DNA of 64,000 nt, from positions 6,076,001 to 6,140,000 of the forward strand of contig NC_092344.1 of NCBI RefSeq assembly GCF_963676685.1, in the 5' to 3' direction. This document shows, one piece after another, positions 51,627-63,499 of the stretch. A program made the position numbers and the translations under genes. The notes below the pieces were generated by a model that had not been told where the DNA came from, ran no database searches, and saw only the letters and a list, made by a program, of their open reading frames with translations. Within the stretch, counting starts at the first letter, position 1. Each line of letters starts with the position of its first letter. The stretch is from Mytilus edulis. Lineage: Eukaryota.

Positions 51627-52349
51627 GATTACAGAACTAGGAAATAACTGTATGAACCTGATGAAGTGAAATTACAGAACTAGGAAGTAATTGTATGAAC
51701 ATGATGAAATGAAATTACAGAACTAAGAAATAACTGTATGAACCTGATGAAGTGAATTACAGAACTAGAAAATAACTGTATGAACCTGATGAAGTGAATT
51801 ACAGAACTAGGAAGTAACTGTATGAACCTGATGAAGTGAATTACAGAACTAGGAAGTAATTGTATGAACCCGATGAAGTGAATTACAGAACTAGGAAATA
51901 ACTGTATGAACCTGATGAAGTGAATTACAGAACTAGGAAGTAATTGTATGAACCTGATGAAGTGAATTACAGAACTAGGAAATAACTGTATGAACCTGAT
52001 AAAGTGAATTACAGAACTAGGAAGTAATTGTATGAACCTGATGAAGTGAATTACAGAACTAGGAAATAACTGTATGAACCTGATGAAGTGAATTACAGAA
52101 CTAGGAAGTAATTGTATGAACCTGATGAAGTGAATTACAGAACTAGGAAATAACTGTATGAACCTGATGAAGTGAATTACAGAACTAGGAAGTAATTGTA
52201 TGAACCTGATGAAGTGAATTACAGAACTAGGAAATAACTGTATGAACCTGATGAAGTGAATTACAGAACTAGGAAATAACTGTATAAACCTGATGAAGTG
52301 AATTACAGAACTAGGAAATAACTGTATGAACATGATGAAGTGAATTACA
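51627..52349. repeat. 42-bp tandem repeat, about 17 copies (GAATTACAGAACTAGGAARTAAYTGTATGAACCTGATGAAGT)
   Basis: Directly visible; accounts for the 217-aa 14-residue-repeat ORF on the minus strand. Confidence 0.97.
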
Positions 52350-52720
52350 TTTACAGAAATGAAACATCATCAATATACTTTATAATTTTCATCCTAGATC
52401 TGATGTTGCAACGTGTAGACACATAAAATTAATCTTTTAACAATTTGCTCCTTGTCTAGCGAAAATAAATTATATATTGATGTTCATATCTTTGTATTTA
52501 TTATTTTAGAAAAATAGGTAACATGGATGTGTTGATTTAATTCATTCAAATATGGGTACAATTCCTGAAGAGAAAGATTAATTGATTGTTGGTTGCTAAA
52601 ACGTCCAGTGGCAAAATGTTCATGCATGTTCAGGAAGAAGCGACGTTGGGCCAATGAATGTAGATACGTTGGGCCATTGTTGTGCCAACATACAAATGTT
52701 GTTTGGGACTAGGTTAAATT

Positions 52721-52898
52721 TGGGGTCCAGATTGGTAGCACATGATTATATTTAGGTTCCAGATTGGTTACACAAGGTTCTATAAAGGTTCCTGATTGGT
52801 TACACAAGGTTCTATTAAGGTTCCAGATTGGTTACACAAGGTTCTAGCAAGGTTCCAGTTTGGTTACACAAGGTTCTATTTAGGTTCCAGGTTGGTTT
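52721..52898. repeat. 32-bp subterminal tandem repeat, about 5.5 copies (GGTTCCAGATTGGTTACACAAGGTTCTATTTA)
   Basis: Directly visible inside the right end of the 3-kb transposon. Confidence 0.9.
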
Positions 52899-53494
52899 AT
52901 CATAACGTTATATCATAACGTTCTTATAACGTAACTGGTAGTCCACACTTTTACGTTCCTACAATGTTAAATCACAACGTTCTCACAACGAAACAGAAAC
53001 GTTCCTGGAACATTTCCTGAACGTTTTTGTGTTTTGTGGGTAATTACGCGTTTCTGCGGGTAGATTGTCAGCCTATACGAATGGTTGCAACTTCATGATG
53101 TAAAGTTGATCTGTGTCGATGAAAGTACATGCTTTCTTAATTCTATTTTATCTTTTTAATTGTGTTTTATTAAAAAAAAATTAAATCAAATTCTTAATCT
53201 CGAGCAAAACTCCAGAAACAAGTTTGGTCTGCAAAGAATTATTATGCATTAGGATCTTTAAATGTTTTGAAAAATAAAGTGAACATACCAAAACAAAATG
53301 TGTTGAAAAAGTGTTGAGCTTTATATGGTACGAAGTATGCTTGCTATCTACTATGTACTGAGTAGGTGTGTTACATGCTGTTTAAGTAGTAAGTGTTGTA
53401 TCTGCTGTTTACAAAGTATATGTTGTCAATTGTCGTAGGTGTGTTACATGCTGTGTGCAGAATAGGTGTGTTCTTCAACTTTTTTTAGTTTCGA

Positions 53495-53538
53495 GTGTCA
53501 CTGATGAGTCTTTTGTAGATGAAACGCGCGTCTGGTGT
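53495..53538 (+). ncRNA. Type I hammerhead ribozyme (family C fragment 53470-53560)
   Basis: GTGTCA-CTGATGA-GTCT tttgt AGAT-GAAA-CGCGCG-TC-TGGTGT; core intact, extra G-U pairs. Confidence 0.8.
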
Positions 53539-56500
53539 AAATACAAACTTTAATCCTGAAAATGATTGTATTCACTTGTGTATTATTTTGATCTATCGTA
53601 TGCTATATTCCATGTAGGTTAAAGTAAATCAAAGCTCTTCTGTCCTTGGTAACTTAATATACTTTGTGTAATCCCATTGCGATATTCATTCTTAAACCAT
53701 AACCTTTTCAAAGCTTACATTATGTTACAAGGCATGCTGTGCACAAATTATTCAAAATTATAAAGTAAATACTAACCTGCAAAATTAAAAATAAGTCGCT
53801 ACACTATGTAATTAAACTTGTATAAAAAAAAAATAGCATTTCCGACGTTCAAACTAAATAAGACTAAATCATTAATTCAGCGTTTTGAAAGGCAAGTACC
53901 TTAGTAGGAGATGGGTTAGGCATGTACTAGGCGTGATCAGCAATGAAACGGAAAAGAATAGCAACATTAAAAGTAAAACAAGGATGAATCGTTTCCTTGG
54001 CATACTTTTTAAACAATTACATAAAATCAAAAAGACCTAAAAAAAATCCAATTACACATGTTTGCTATTTACTAAATGCAAATGCATGTTTATATCGGGT
54101 TAAATGGCCGCTGATAGTACTTGGAGGTCATTTCCAAAGTTATTTAAATGGCGTCTAGAATAAAGTACACTCGAAAGGATCACACATATCATCAATTCCA
54201 TGCTTTGTTAATTCAGTGTTTATTTGAGAGACTTTTTTGTAATTTGAATATATGTTTTAGTATGATAAAAATCGAATGTGAGACATTGAGTGAAATCGAT
54301 GAACATTAAAATAAATTTGACAGTTTATACCCATTAAAAAAAGTGTGTTTTTATAATTATAAATTATTTCATCGGCCTATTTTTAAAAATTAACTACAAA
54401 TTGAAATAGAAAATAAATATGGCATACAAAGAAATGATCAACGGGAGCATTTGGAAAGTATTTTTCATAAGTATTTTTTCCATTCGTGATAAACAATAGG
54501 TGAGCAAGTTTTAATCTAAACATCTGTTTTAAATACCTCTCAGATAGAGTTCAAATAACTGTCAAAAGAAACCCGTTTGGCCATTTATGATACAAAGATT
54601 TTAGAATGATTACTAGATAAATTGATTGATTGATCGAATAATTTGTGTTTATCCTAGAGATATTTGTGACAATGTCGGTGAGCACCGTCGACTTTCGAAA
54701 GGAAATGTACAATCCTGCTCAAACAAAATTACCACCATGTTTAAAATCTCATTTATCGATTGATAAGTGCACCTCAATTTTTACGGTAACAAACAGGTAG
54801 TCGCATGAACCTCGCCATTCTTTAGAACGGTTGTATATTTGCATGTATCAGAATTAAGAACTGTATCAGGACCAGATCACTACTTTACTGTAAGCATATC
54901 CTGTATTAAATGCATCATCGTCAAGACGAATCCAGAGAAATAAAACATAATATAATGTTTATAAGATGCAACATGATACAAATATATATGCATGGCCTAG
55001 TTCTTGATATATCATAAGCGTACATTTTGTTAGTTCACTGATTGATTTAAAAAGGCACAAGTCTAAACAAAACTAGGGTCAATTTATAAGTTATGTTAAG
55101 TGTTAGGCTTTTGTCATAGATTTGTTTTTTTCTTCCGAGGAATTAATTATACATTGCAACTCCCTGATGATAGCCTCTGTTATGTTTGTTCATAAATTTG
55201 GTCGATATTTATAACCTTGACATATATTATACAGTGTTATAGAAACTAGTCTTTTTTGAAGACAGTGTTTTGACCATAACAGTTTGCTTTCGACTTGTGA
55301 GTTAGAATATCCTTGTGGTATCTTTCGTGTCTCTTTTGACCATAAGATGTCATTTCTTGTTTTTTCTTTCTTTTTTTTTTCTTTTTTTTTATTGGTTGTT
55401 TATCATATATCGGTTTTTACTTTGACCTCTGAATTTAAGCAACACATTGCTTTACATGTGCTTTCATAGGTTTCACATGTTTTCAGTTATTAGCTTTTGA
55501 TAATGTTTGTTTTTTTACTTTCAGGTCCAAGCCCTATTTCTTGCTCTCAAAACAAAATATTTCAAAGTATGTTAAGATTCAGCTTGCAGCTGATGATGTC
55601 AAACGAGGAAACTTGAAATCAATATAGATTAAGTAATAAGAATATGAACTTCTAACAGTTTGCATTTATTATTACAAATTAACAGTATGATTTCACCTGC
55701 CTATTTGATCAATGAAATATATAATGTACAAAGACATGATCTACGGGAGCAAGTATCTTCAATGATTTTTATCAAACTAGTCTATTATAGAAACAATTGG
55801 TGAGAAATATTTTTTTTAATATAAGTCACGTTATGAACAAATAACTGTCAAAAGAAAAAAGTTTGATCTTTAATTTTATTTAAATTTTGAAAAAAATCTT
55901 TCTTCAAAAGTTTGTAACAAATTAACAAAACGACAAACGGATCTGTTTGTTCTTTCTTTTAAAATAGATCGCAATTGTTCAATACATTTATGCATAAATA
56001 TATAAAACAATAAATGTACAAGTTAACTATATACAGAAGGCAGCTTTTGAAAAATATACCAAAACCGTTTAAAACAATAGAATTATGCATATATATATAA
56101 AGATTACAGGAAAACTATTTACAAAATGGAGTTTTAAAAACATTAAGTAAACCGTTTCAAACAATAACAGTAAGCATAAGGGAGCAAGCATCTAATTTTT
56201 AAGGGAGGGGGTATGAAGTCAGAAAATTTAATATTTTTTCAAAGCTACCAATCAAACTAATTTGGACTCGGATGAGAGGGTTGTCTCATTGGCACTCATA
56301 CCACATCTTCTTACATTTATCGGCTACAATGTCAGTCCTGGTTTATAAAACCTAATTTTTTTTTATAAGATGCAAGTTGGGAATACATAAAGTCAACATT
56401 AATGTCACAAGTCTTAGTTGAAGGCCGTACGGTGACCTATAGTGTTAATGTCTGTGTCATTTTGGTCTTTTGTGGATAGTTGTCTCATTTGGCAATCATA

Positions 56501-56904
56501 CCACATCTTCTTTTTTATATTGAATCGATTGAAAGAAAGCAAATCTAGGTTAGTAGAATGTATCCCCCAAGTGTACTTTAGAGGTTGACCAAAAGGCAAT
56601 GTTAAGTACAGCTAAATTGTGAAGTAGGCTTAACACGTTGAAAAAATGTACAAATACCTCCCTTAAATGGTAGAGAATATACTATTTTTCACGACTCGCC
56701 GTTTTGTATAGTCAATCACAAATTCCAAATGATATTATGACATTTCTGTGTGCAATTCATAGTCTAACATTGTAATATATTGCCTCTAACAATAAGTACA
56801 TTATATCACAAATGTGTATTGCTATTAACTTCTTGTTTTTGTTTTCTTAATATGTTATTCATTATTGGCCCATTTGTTTGAATTAAAAGTTGTTGTTCAA
56901 AATA

Positions 56905-57290
56905 AAATAAACAGTAGCTATATATAGTATACCGCTATTTAAAAGTCATAAATCGATTGAGAGCAAACATATCCGGGTTACAAATTATAACTGAGGGAAA
57001 CACATCATGATCAAATATAAGAGGAAAACAACGAAACAGCAGAAATACTAAAGTGCAACAAAAAACAAACGACAATGCAACACACACAGACACGAACTAT
57101 AAGATAACAATTGCCATTTTCCTGACTTGGTATAGGACATTTTAAGAAACAAATAGTAGGTTGAACCTGGTTTTGTGGCTAGCTAAACCTCCTGCTTTCA
57201 TGGCATTGTTAAATATAACACTAAAATGACAACATCACATGACAAGACTACAATACAAATAAATGAAAAAAACTTTCAGGATAGAGAAAT
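56905..57290 (-). repeat. SINE-like family E
   Basis: Reverse complement of 33095-33455. Confidence 0.85.
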
Positions 57291-57328
57291 ACACAAATTT
57301 ACAATACAAACGAATATTACAACATGCT

Positions 57329-57495
57329 AATAGTTATCAAAGGTACCAGGCTTATAATTTAATACACCGGAAGCGTGGATCGTCTACATAAGACTCACCA
57401 GTGCACTCATGTCAAATAGGTAACGAAAGCCAAACAAAGATAAAGAGCATTGGTGACCAAAAATTCCCCAAAAGTGTGCCAAATACGGCTACAGT
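57329..57495 (-). mobile_element. Retrozyme family C fragment, ribozyme decayed
   Basis: Aligns with the 62545 copy; core reads CTGGTGA and GATC. Confidence 0.7.
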
Positions 57496-59074
57496 TCTTA
57501 TTTATAATATTGGAATTTTATATTTTTGTAATTTGGGTTTCATGTTTTTATTCTTTTACATGCTTACCATCAGTTGACAAATTACATGGTGTCATTGCAC
57601 TAAACGTTACTTTTTTATCCGAATTTTCAATGAAACAGAAAAGAGTAAAAAAATCATTGGGAATGAACGGGGATTTTTTTTTAACTTTTTGTTTAATTAG
57701 AATATATGTAAGTCAGATAAATTAATGTAATGTGTAAAGCGGAAGTGTCATGTATTAAAAAAGAAAAAAATAGTGTGCATACTTATTTGTACTTCTCAGT
57801 ACCAGTAGGTTGATATTTTTAACGTGTGAAGTATATCTTGGTTTATGATGCGATATTAAGTATTCAGCAGATTAAACTGGATTTTACAGAGTAATAATTT
57901 AAATATAAACACCTATCTCCAAATTCAATCCAAAAAGAGGAAGTCCATAAACACAAAAAAAAAATGTTATCAACCAGCAGAACGATTGAAAAATCACTGT
58001 ATTATTTCTGACTTGGCACAGGTATTTTCTGAAGAAAATGATGGGTTGATCCTGGTGGTAGTTGGCTAAACCTTCCACTTGTATGACAGTATATATAGTT
58101 TAAAGCCAAATCTGGTGACTTTCACAAGGTCGTCCAGACGCACAACGTACCTAGATAAAAATTCAAAAACTCTGAGAGCAACATTGCAAATAATTTATTT
58201 TGTCTTTGTAATAAATCCTGTATATAAAGTAAAGCATTTACTGATGTTTTCATAACTCAACACAATAATGTATGTATCAATGACTATATGCTTCACCCGC
58301 CAATTTTTATTGCTGATTTTTGTCATGTTTTTAAGATGAAAGTGTAGTTTTGATATGGATTTTGAGAAGAATATGTTTAATTTTGCTACATCTTGATATT
58401 TATTTGAAAGGAAGGAAAAGGGAATACGTACAAGCCTACAACTCAATACTTAAATCAATTTTGATTGCGATTGGTTCTTAACAATCATATATGTATGTAT
58501 CTACCAATGCTACTATATGACATTTAGAACATAGAATTATTAAAATGCTTTGACAAATTAAAGTTTATCCAGCGTTACAATGTACTTGAGTTGTCAACAA
58601 TCGCAAACATGGAAAACCGGTAAAAGTACCTGTCAGCCTGTAGGTGCACTGGTAAATGTTCAGTATAGATGAATTAGATAACACTCGAACAACACAGCAA
58701 AAATAAAAGACTAATGGTCAACACTCCGTCTTCAATTATATACGTTGGTTTCTATAAAATATCAACAATCAACCCCTAATTTAGACAATTTATGTAACAT
58801 ATAACAGAGACTATTAAAGAGTTAAAATCAATCTTTGGTTTCTCAGAAGACAAAACCAAATATAAGATATTTTTGAATTGACACCGGTACTTGTTAGATA
58901 TTAAACTTCCGCCTTTTCTCTCAATCAGAAGACTAATAAAAGCGAATACTTGGAAACATGAAAAAACTGTTAAAGCACAAGTAAAGATATTTGCTTCTTA
59001 AATGAAGTATTACATTAAAACTGCACCATCAAGGTCACACTGCAAAAATATGAATTATTCTAAATACTAAGGAA

Positions 59075-59260
59075 TTCCTTATCCCAGTCAGATAACCTTA
59101 GCCGTATTTGGCACACTTTTGGGGAATTTTTGTATCATCAATGTTCTTCATCTTTGTTTGGCTTTCGTTACTTTTTTTACATGAGTGCAATGGTGAGTCT
59201 ATGTAGACGAAACACGCCTCTTGCGTGTTTAATTATAAACCTGGTACCTTTGATAACTAT
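59075..59260 (+). mobile_element. Retrozyme family C fragment, ribozyme decayed; inverted duplicate of 57329-57495
   Basis: Shares private variants with the 57329 copy. Confidence 0.7.
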
Positions 59261-61662
59261 ATCTAAGTTAATAGCAATACAAATTTGTGATATAATTTAC
59301 TTATCGTAAGAGGCAATATATTACGATGTTAGACTATAAATTGTACACAGAATTGCCATAAATTCATCTTTAAATTATGTTGAAACGGACGTTTTAGTGT
59401 TTATTAAGGATTTTCTAGACTACGAACTATTTAGCTTTACTTCAAACCTTTTTAACGGGCTATACACTCTACGACATGGTTTGGTCTGCAGACAGTTTGA
59501 ACTTAGTTTCAAAAGACAATATGTGATCGACTTAGTATCGAAGAAGAAAGCATAATCCTTATTTTATTTATTAAAATAAGATGTGGTATGGCCAAAGCAA
59601 CTCACCACAAGAGACAAAATGACATAAGAGTATATTTGTATACCTATGTTAACATTTACATTGTCTATTGACCAATCTCTAAAGATATCTATACTACGTT
59701 AGTACGTACACAGCATACGACGATTCATTACCTGTTTGATGTGAACCTGGAGTTATCTTCCTTTGTTTACCGTATGGACTGAAGTTGCAATGGTTAAACT
59801 AAAATGTTTAATAATCATCTTTACCATGAAATAGATGATACATATTACACATTGGTTGATAACTTTTGAACACCAGTATACTACTGCCTTTGAACAATCT
59901 CTCATGCTTCTGTCAGTTGAAAACTTTAAAACACATTGGTTTTAAAGTTGCCAAAAATGTTTGGCTTAATGGTCAACCAACAAATATCTTTATCTTTTAA
60001 TTTTAGTTAGATTTCTCTGAATCCGATATTGCTCCCATTAACTTGAGTCCAGCTGTTTTTTAAATGGACAGCCAACAATATTTGTTTTAATTGTTGCCAA
60101 AGCCTTCTTTAAAAAATGTTTTTCAGACATCTGTTATTCAGTTATTGGCCTGGTTTGTTTAAAGTGTCTGATACCTCTAACCAAGTCGGTCATTTTCAAT
60201 AATTACAAATAAACAGTATGATTTCACCTGCTTTATTTGATAGAAACTTATTCACCTCTCTCAAACAAATCCAATTCACGTGTCTTTGATGACATTTTGT
60301 ATAAGACGTGCTAGATATACAATGAGTGTTATTGTCTTAATAAAATCATTAAACGTCTTTATTGATAACGTATAAATAACTGTCATAAATATCAAAATTG
60401 CGATTTTGATTGTTTGCTATTTTGATTGTTTATCAACAAAACGGAAAACAGAAAAAAATGTATGTTTCGTTTGCATACTTGTCAATTTATAGTTCGATAT
60501 AAGTTTAATCTTAGATTTAATCGAATGTGTTAAGATACAATAGTAGATATCAAACGATTAATATTTTTTTGGCAGACAGGGGGCAAAACAATTAGGGATC
60601 GGTACAATACTGTTTATCTATAATCGTTTAAATGCAAATGCTGGGCGTTACCGGTAGTCAAGTGTATACTCAAACTGGATCTTCTCCACAACATTTTACA
60701 AATGATATGATACCGGTATATTGAAGTTCGATTCAAATTAAAGATACGGGAAAATACAATATAATTATGATCATTACTATATATGACAAATAATAACTAC
60801 TCAACAATTAAAAAAGAAAGAGTCAGTCCAAACGAAGAAGGATAACTCCATGTCCACAGCAAATACCAAGAGGGCTTGGTCGATTGACAATGAACATGTT
60901 ACAAAAAATATATACAAATAAACCTCTATTTCATTTTGTCTCCTGTGGAGAGTTGTCTCATCGGCTATCATGCCACAACTTCTTTTGATAAATAAAATAA
61001 GGATGATACCTTCTTCTTCTATAATGATCAAAGTAAAGTGTTTTAATCGAAGTCAATCTCAAATTTTCTTCTGAAACTAAGTGAATTAGCTGTATACAAA
61101 CCAAATCATGTCGTGCAGGGTATACCGGTTAAAAAAAGTTTGCGAGACACATGCTATATTAGTAGTCAAGAAAAACACTAAAACGTCCGTTTTAACATAA
61201 TTAAAAAACGATCCTATTACTGGTTAATACGACATTCTCTAAACAGGCCTACATCGAAAACAAATATATTTCTCTCTGAATGTATTCTTACACATTGTAT
61301 TTTACTACAAACAATACATCCATTTCAGTATGATAGACGCAACATATTTCAATTTGATATACCACTTTTCTTGAATCACTGGTTCATTTTAGTTCCTAGG
61401 ACGTACCACTAGTAGTTCATGCATTTACACCTGCCATGGTTTATAACACATTCGTAATTGAAGACATTTTGCAACTTTTACAAAGAATGTCTTTTCTGTT
61501 AAAACTTACCAGATATGGTGTTGATTTGTGATTAAGACTCTAAATTTAAATATTTCTGTAAAAATGACTTTTAAAGACTAAGTTTACTCGAGATAAGTCC
61601 GCAAACAACCTTACATCTAAAGATGTGCAAACTGGCATTTCGTTGATATATGTAAGGAATAG

Positions 61663-62501
61663 TAGAGGACTTAAACTGGCTCTTGTGAAACTCCAAATAG
61701 AACATCTAAAGGGTAGATAGAGGACTTAAACTGGCTCTTGTGAAACTCCAAATAGAACATCTAAAGGGGTAGATAGAGGACTTAAACTGGCTCTTGTGAA
61801 ACTCCAAATAGAACATCTAAAGGGGTAGATAGAGGACTTAAACTGGCTCTTGTGAAACTCCAAATAGAACATCTAAAGGGGTAGATAGAGGACTTAAACT
61901 GGCTCTTGTGAAACTCCAAATAGAATATCTAAAGGGTAGATAGAGGACTTAAACTGGCTCTTGTGAAACTCTAAATAGAACATCTAAAGGGTAGATATAG
62001 AGGACTTAAACTGGCTCTTGTGAAACTCCAAATAGAACATCTAAAGGGGTAGATAGAGGACTTAAACTGGCTCTTGTGAAACTCCAAATAGAACATCTAA
62101 AGGGGTAGATAGAGGACTTAAACTGGCTCTTGTGAAACTCCAAATAGAACATCTAAAGGGGTAGATAGAGGACTTAAACTGGCTCTTGTGAAACTCCAAA
62201 TAGAACATCTAAAGGGGTAGATAGAGGACTTAAACTGGCTCTTGTGAAACTCCAAATAGAACATCTAAAGGGTAGATAGAGGACTTAAACTGGCTCTTGT
62301 GAAACTCCAAATAGAACATCTAAAGGGGTAGATAGAGGACTTAAACTGGCTCTTGTGAAACTCCAAATAGAACATCTAAAGGGTAGATATAGAGGACTTA
62401 ACCTGGCTCTTGTGAAACTCCAAATAGAACATCTAAAAGGGTAGATAGAGGACTTAAACGGGCTCTTGTGAAACTCTAAATAGAATATCTAAAGGGTAGA
62501 T
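61663..62501. repeat. 55-57-bp tandem repeat, 15 copies (GATAGAGGACTTAAACTGGCTCTTGTGAAACTCCAAATAGAACATCTAAAGGGGTA)
   Basis: Head-to-tail near-identical units, no unique spacers. Confidence 0.97.
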
Positions 62502-62544
62502 GTATGTCCTACTAGGACTGATTGGGTTCTGCTGCTCATCAATA

Positions 62545-62850
62545 TAGGTATCAAAGGTACCAGGATTATACTTTAGTACGCCAGACGCGCGTTTCGTCTA
62601 CATAAGACTCATCAGTGACGCTCATATCAAAATATTTATAAAGCCAAACAAGTACAAAGTTGAAGAGCATTGAGGATCCAAAATTCCAAAAAGTTGTGCC
62701 AAATAATGCTAAGTTAATCTATGTCTGGGATAAGAAAATCCTTAGTTTTTCCAAAAATTCAAAGTTTTGTAAACAGGAAATTTATAAAAATGACCACATT
62801 ATTGATATTCATGTCAACACCGAAGTGTTGACTACTGGGCTGGTGATACA
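62545..62850 (-). mobile_element. Hammerhead retrozyme family C, 5'-truncated copy with an intact ribozyme
   Basis: Longest copy of a repeat seen at least 9 times in the window; ribozyme at 62578-62621 and UUCG hairpin at 62813-62832. Confidence 0.85.
62578..62621 (-). ncRNA. Type I hammerhead ribozyme (family C), canonical GUC site
   Basis: Minus strand GCGTCA-CTGATGA-GTCT tatgt AGAC-GAAA-CGCGCG-TC-TGGCGT; all three stems form; stem III palindrome ACGCGCGT. Confidence 0.9.
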
Positions 62851-62958
62851 TACATATTATGAAGTCCTTTATAATGTTGTTTCTTTCACTCTATAATGTG
62901 CCATTTTAAACAAATTTTAAAAATAGGTTGTGTTTTTCTTTAAGGTGTTGATTTATGA

Positions 62959-63487
62959 TGACAATGTCGGTTCAAAACATAACATTATGACAAAAGAGAT
63001 GATTTCAGCTTCTGAATTGTGAACTTTCCATTTTTATGTAGCAACATTCCAGCAGAGCCTGCATACGGAGTATATATCTCCAAATTGATACATATTCCCG
63101 GGCTTGTATTTCCTACCATAATTTCCTTGATAGTGGGTTGCTTATCACAAGGAATCTATCAAACTAAGAGTTCCAAATGGCGAAGTTGAAATCTTCCAAT
63201 GGTAAATTTTACGAACGCCATCACGAGTTGGTTATTGAATAACCGTTTCACATAAGCTATTGGATATGTTCCTTATATCGTAATAACAATCCCCTTCTCT
63301 TTTCACGGATGTGACCTACCGAAGTATTACTGTTCCGGAGCACTTGAGATCACTGGGGTTCGTGTTGCGTAGTCTTTAGTTTTCTATGTTGTTTATGTGT
63401 ACTATTATTTGTCTGTTTGCCTTTTTCTTTTTTAACCATGACTTTTTATTTTCGATTGTCCCTCTGGTATCGTTCGCCCCTCTTTTT
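62959..63487 (+). mobile_element. Decayed Penelope-like retroelement: RT C-terminal/thumb region plus 3' non-coding tail
   Basis: Translation YDKRDDFSF*IVNFPFLCSNIPAEPAYGVYISKLI /frameshift/ YSRACISYHNFLDSGLLITRNLSN*EFQMAKLKSSNGKFYERHHELV. The tail motif recurs near 41020-41058 and 55280-55340. Confidence 0.75.
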
Positions 63488-63499
63488 TTACACTTTTTT

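Larger units (their letters stand above)
50056..53040. mobile_element. About 3-kb non-autonomous TIR DNA transposon, CMC/EnSpm-like
   Basis: Ends CCCACTTAACACATAACGTTCA ... TGAACGTTTTTGTGTTTTGTGGG, TA on both sides (50054-50055, 53041-53042), dense AACGTT subterminal repeats at both ends, no transposase ORF. Superfamily is inferred from the CCC termini and 2-bp TSD. Confidence 0.8.

Noticed and set aside
51680-52333. 217-aa repetitive ORF
   Set aside because: By-product of a stop-free 42-bp tandem unit inside a transposon; no unique flanking coding sequence or splice support.
51627-52349. CTGATGA and GAAA within the 42-bp unit suggesting a hammerhead array
   Set aside because: Stem I cannot pair (TGAAC on both sides), stem II does not close next to GAAA, and many units lack GAAA.
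61663-62501. CRISPR-like array
   Set aside because: No unique spacers, no cas genes, eukaryotic context; it is a plain tandem repeat.
62660-62896. 78-aa ORF, and similar short ORFs at 10711, 12971, 20338, 40745, 46064, 49265 and 56414
   Set aside because: All lie in non-coding dispersed repeats whose other copies do not preserve the frame, or show no coding signal.
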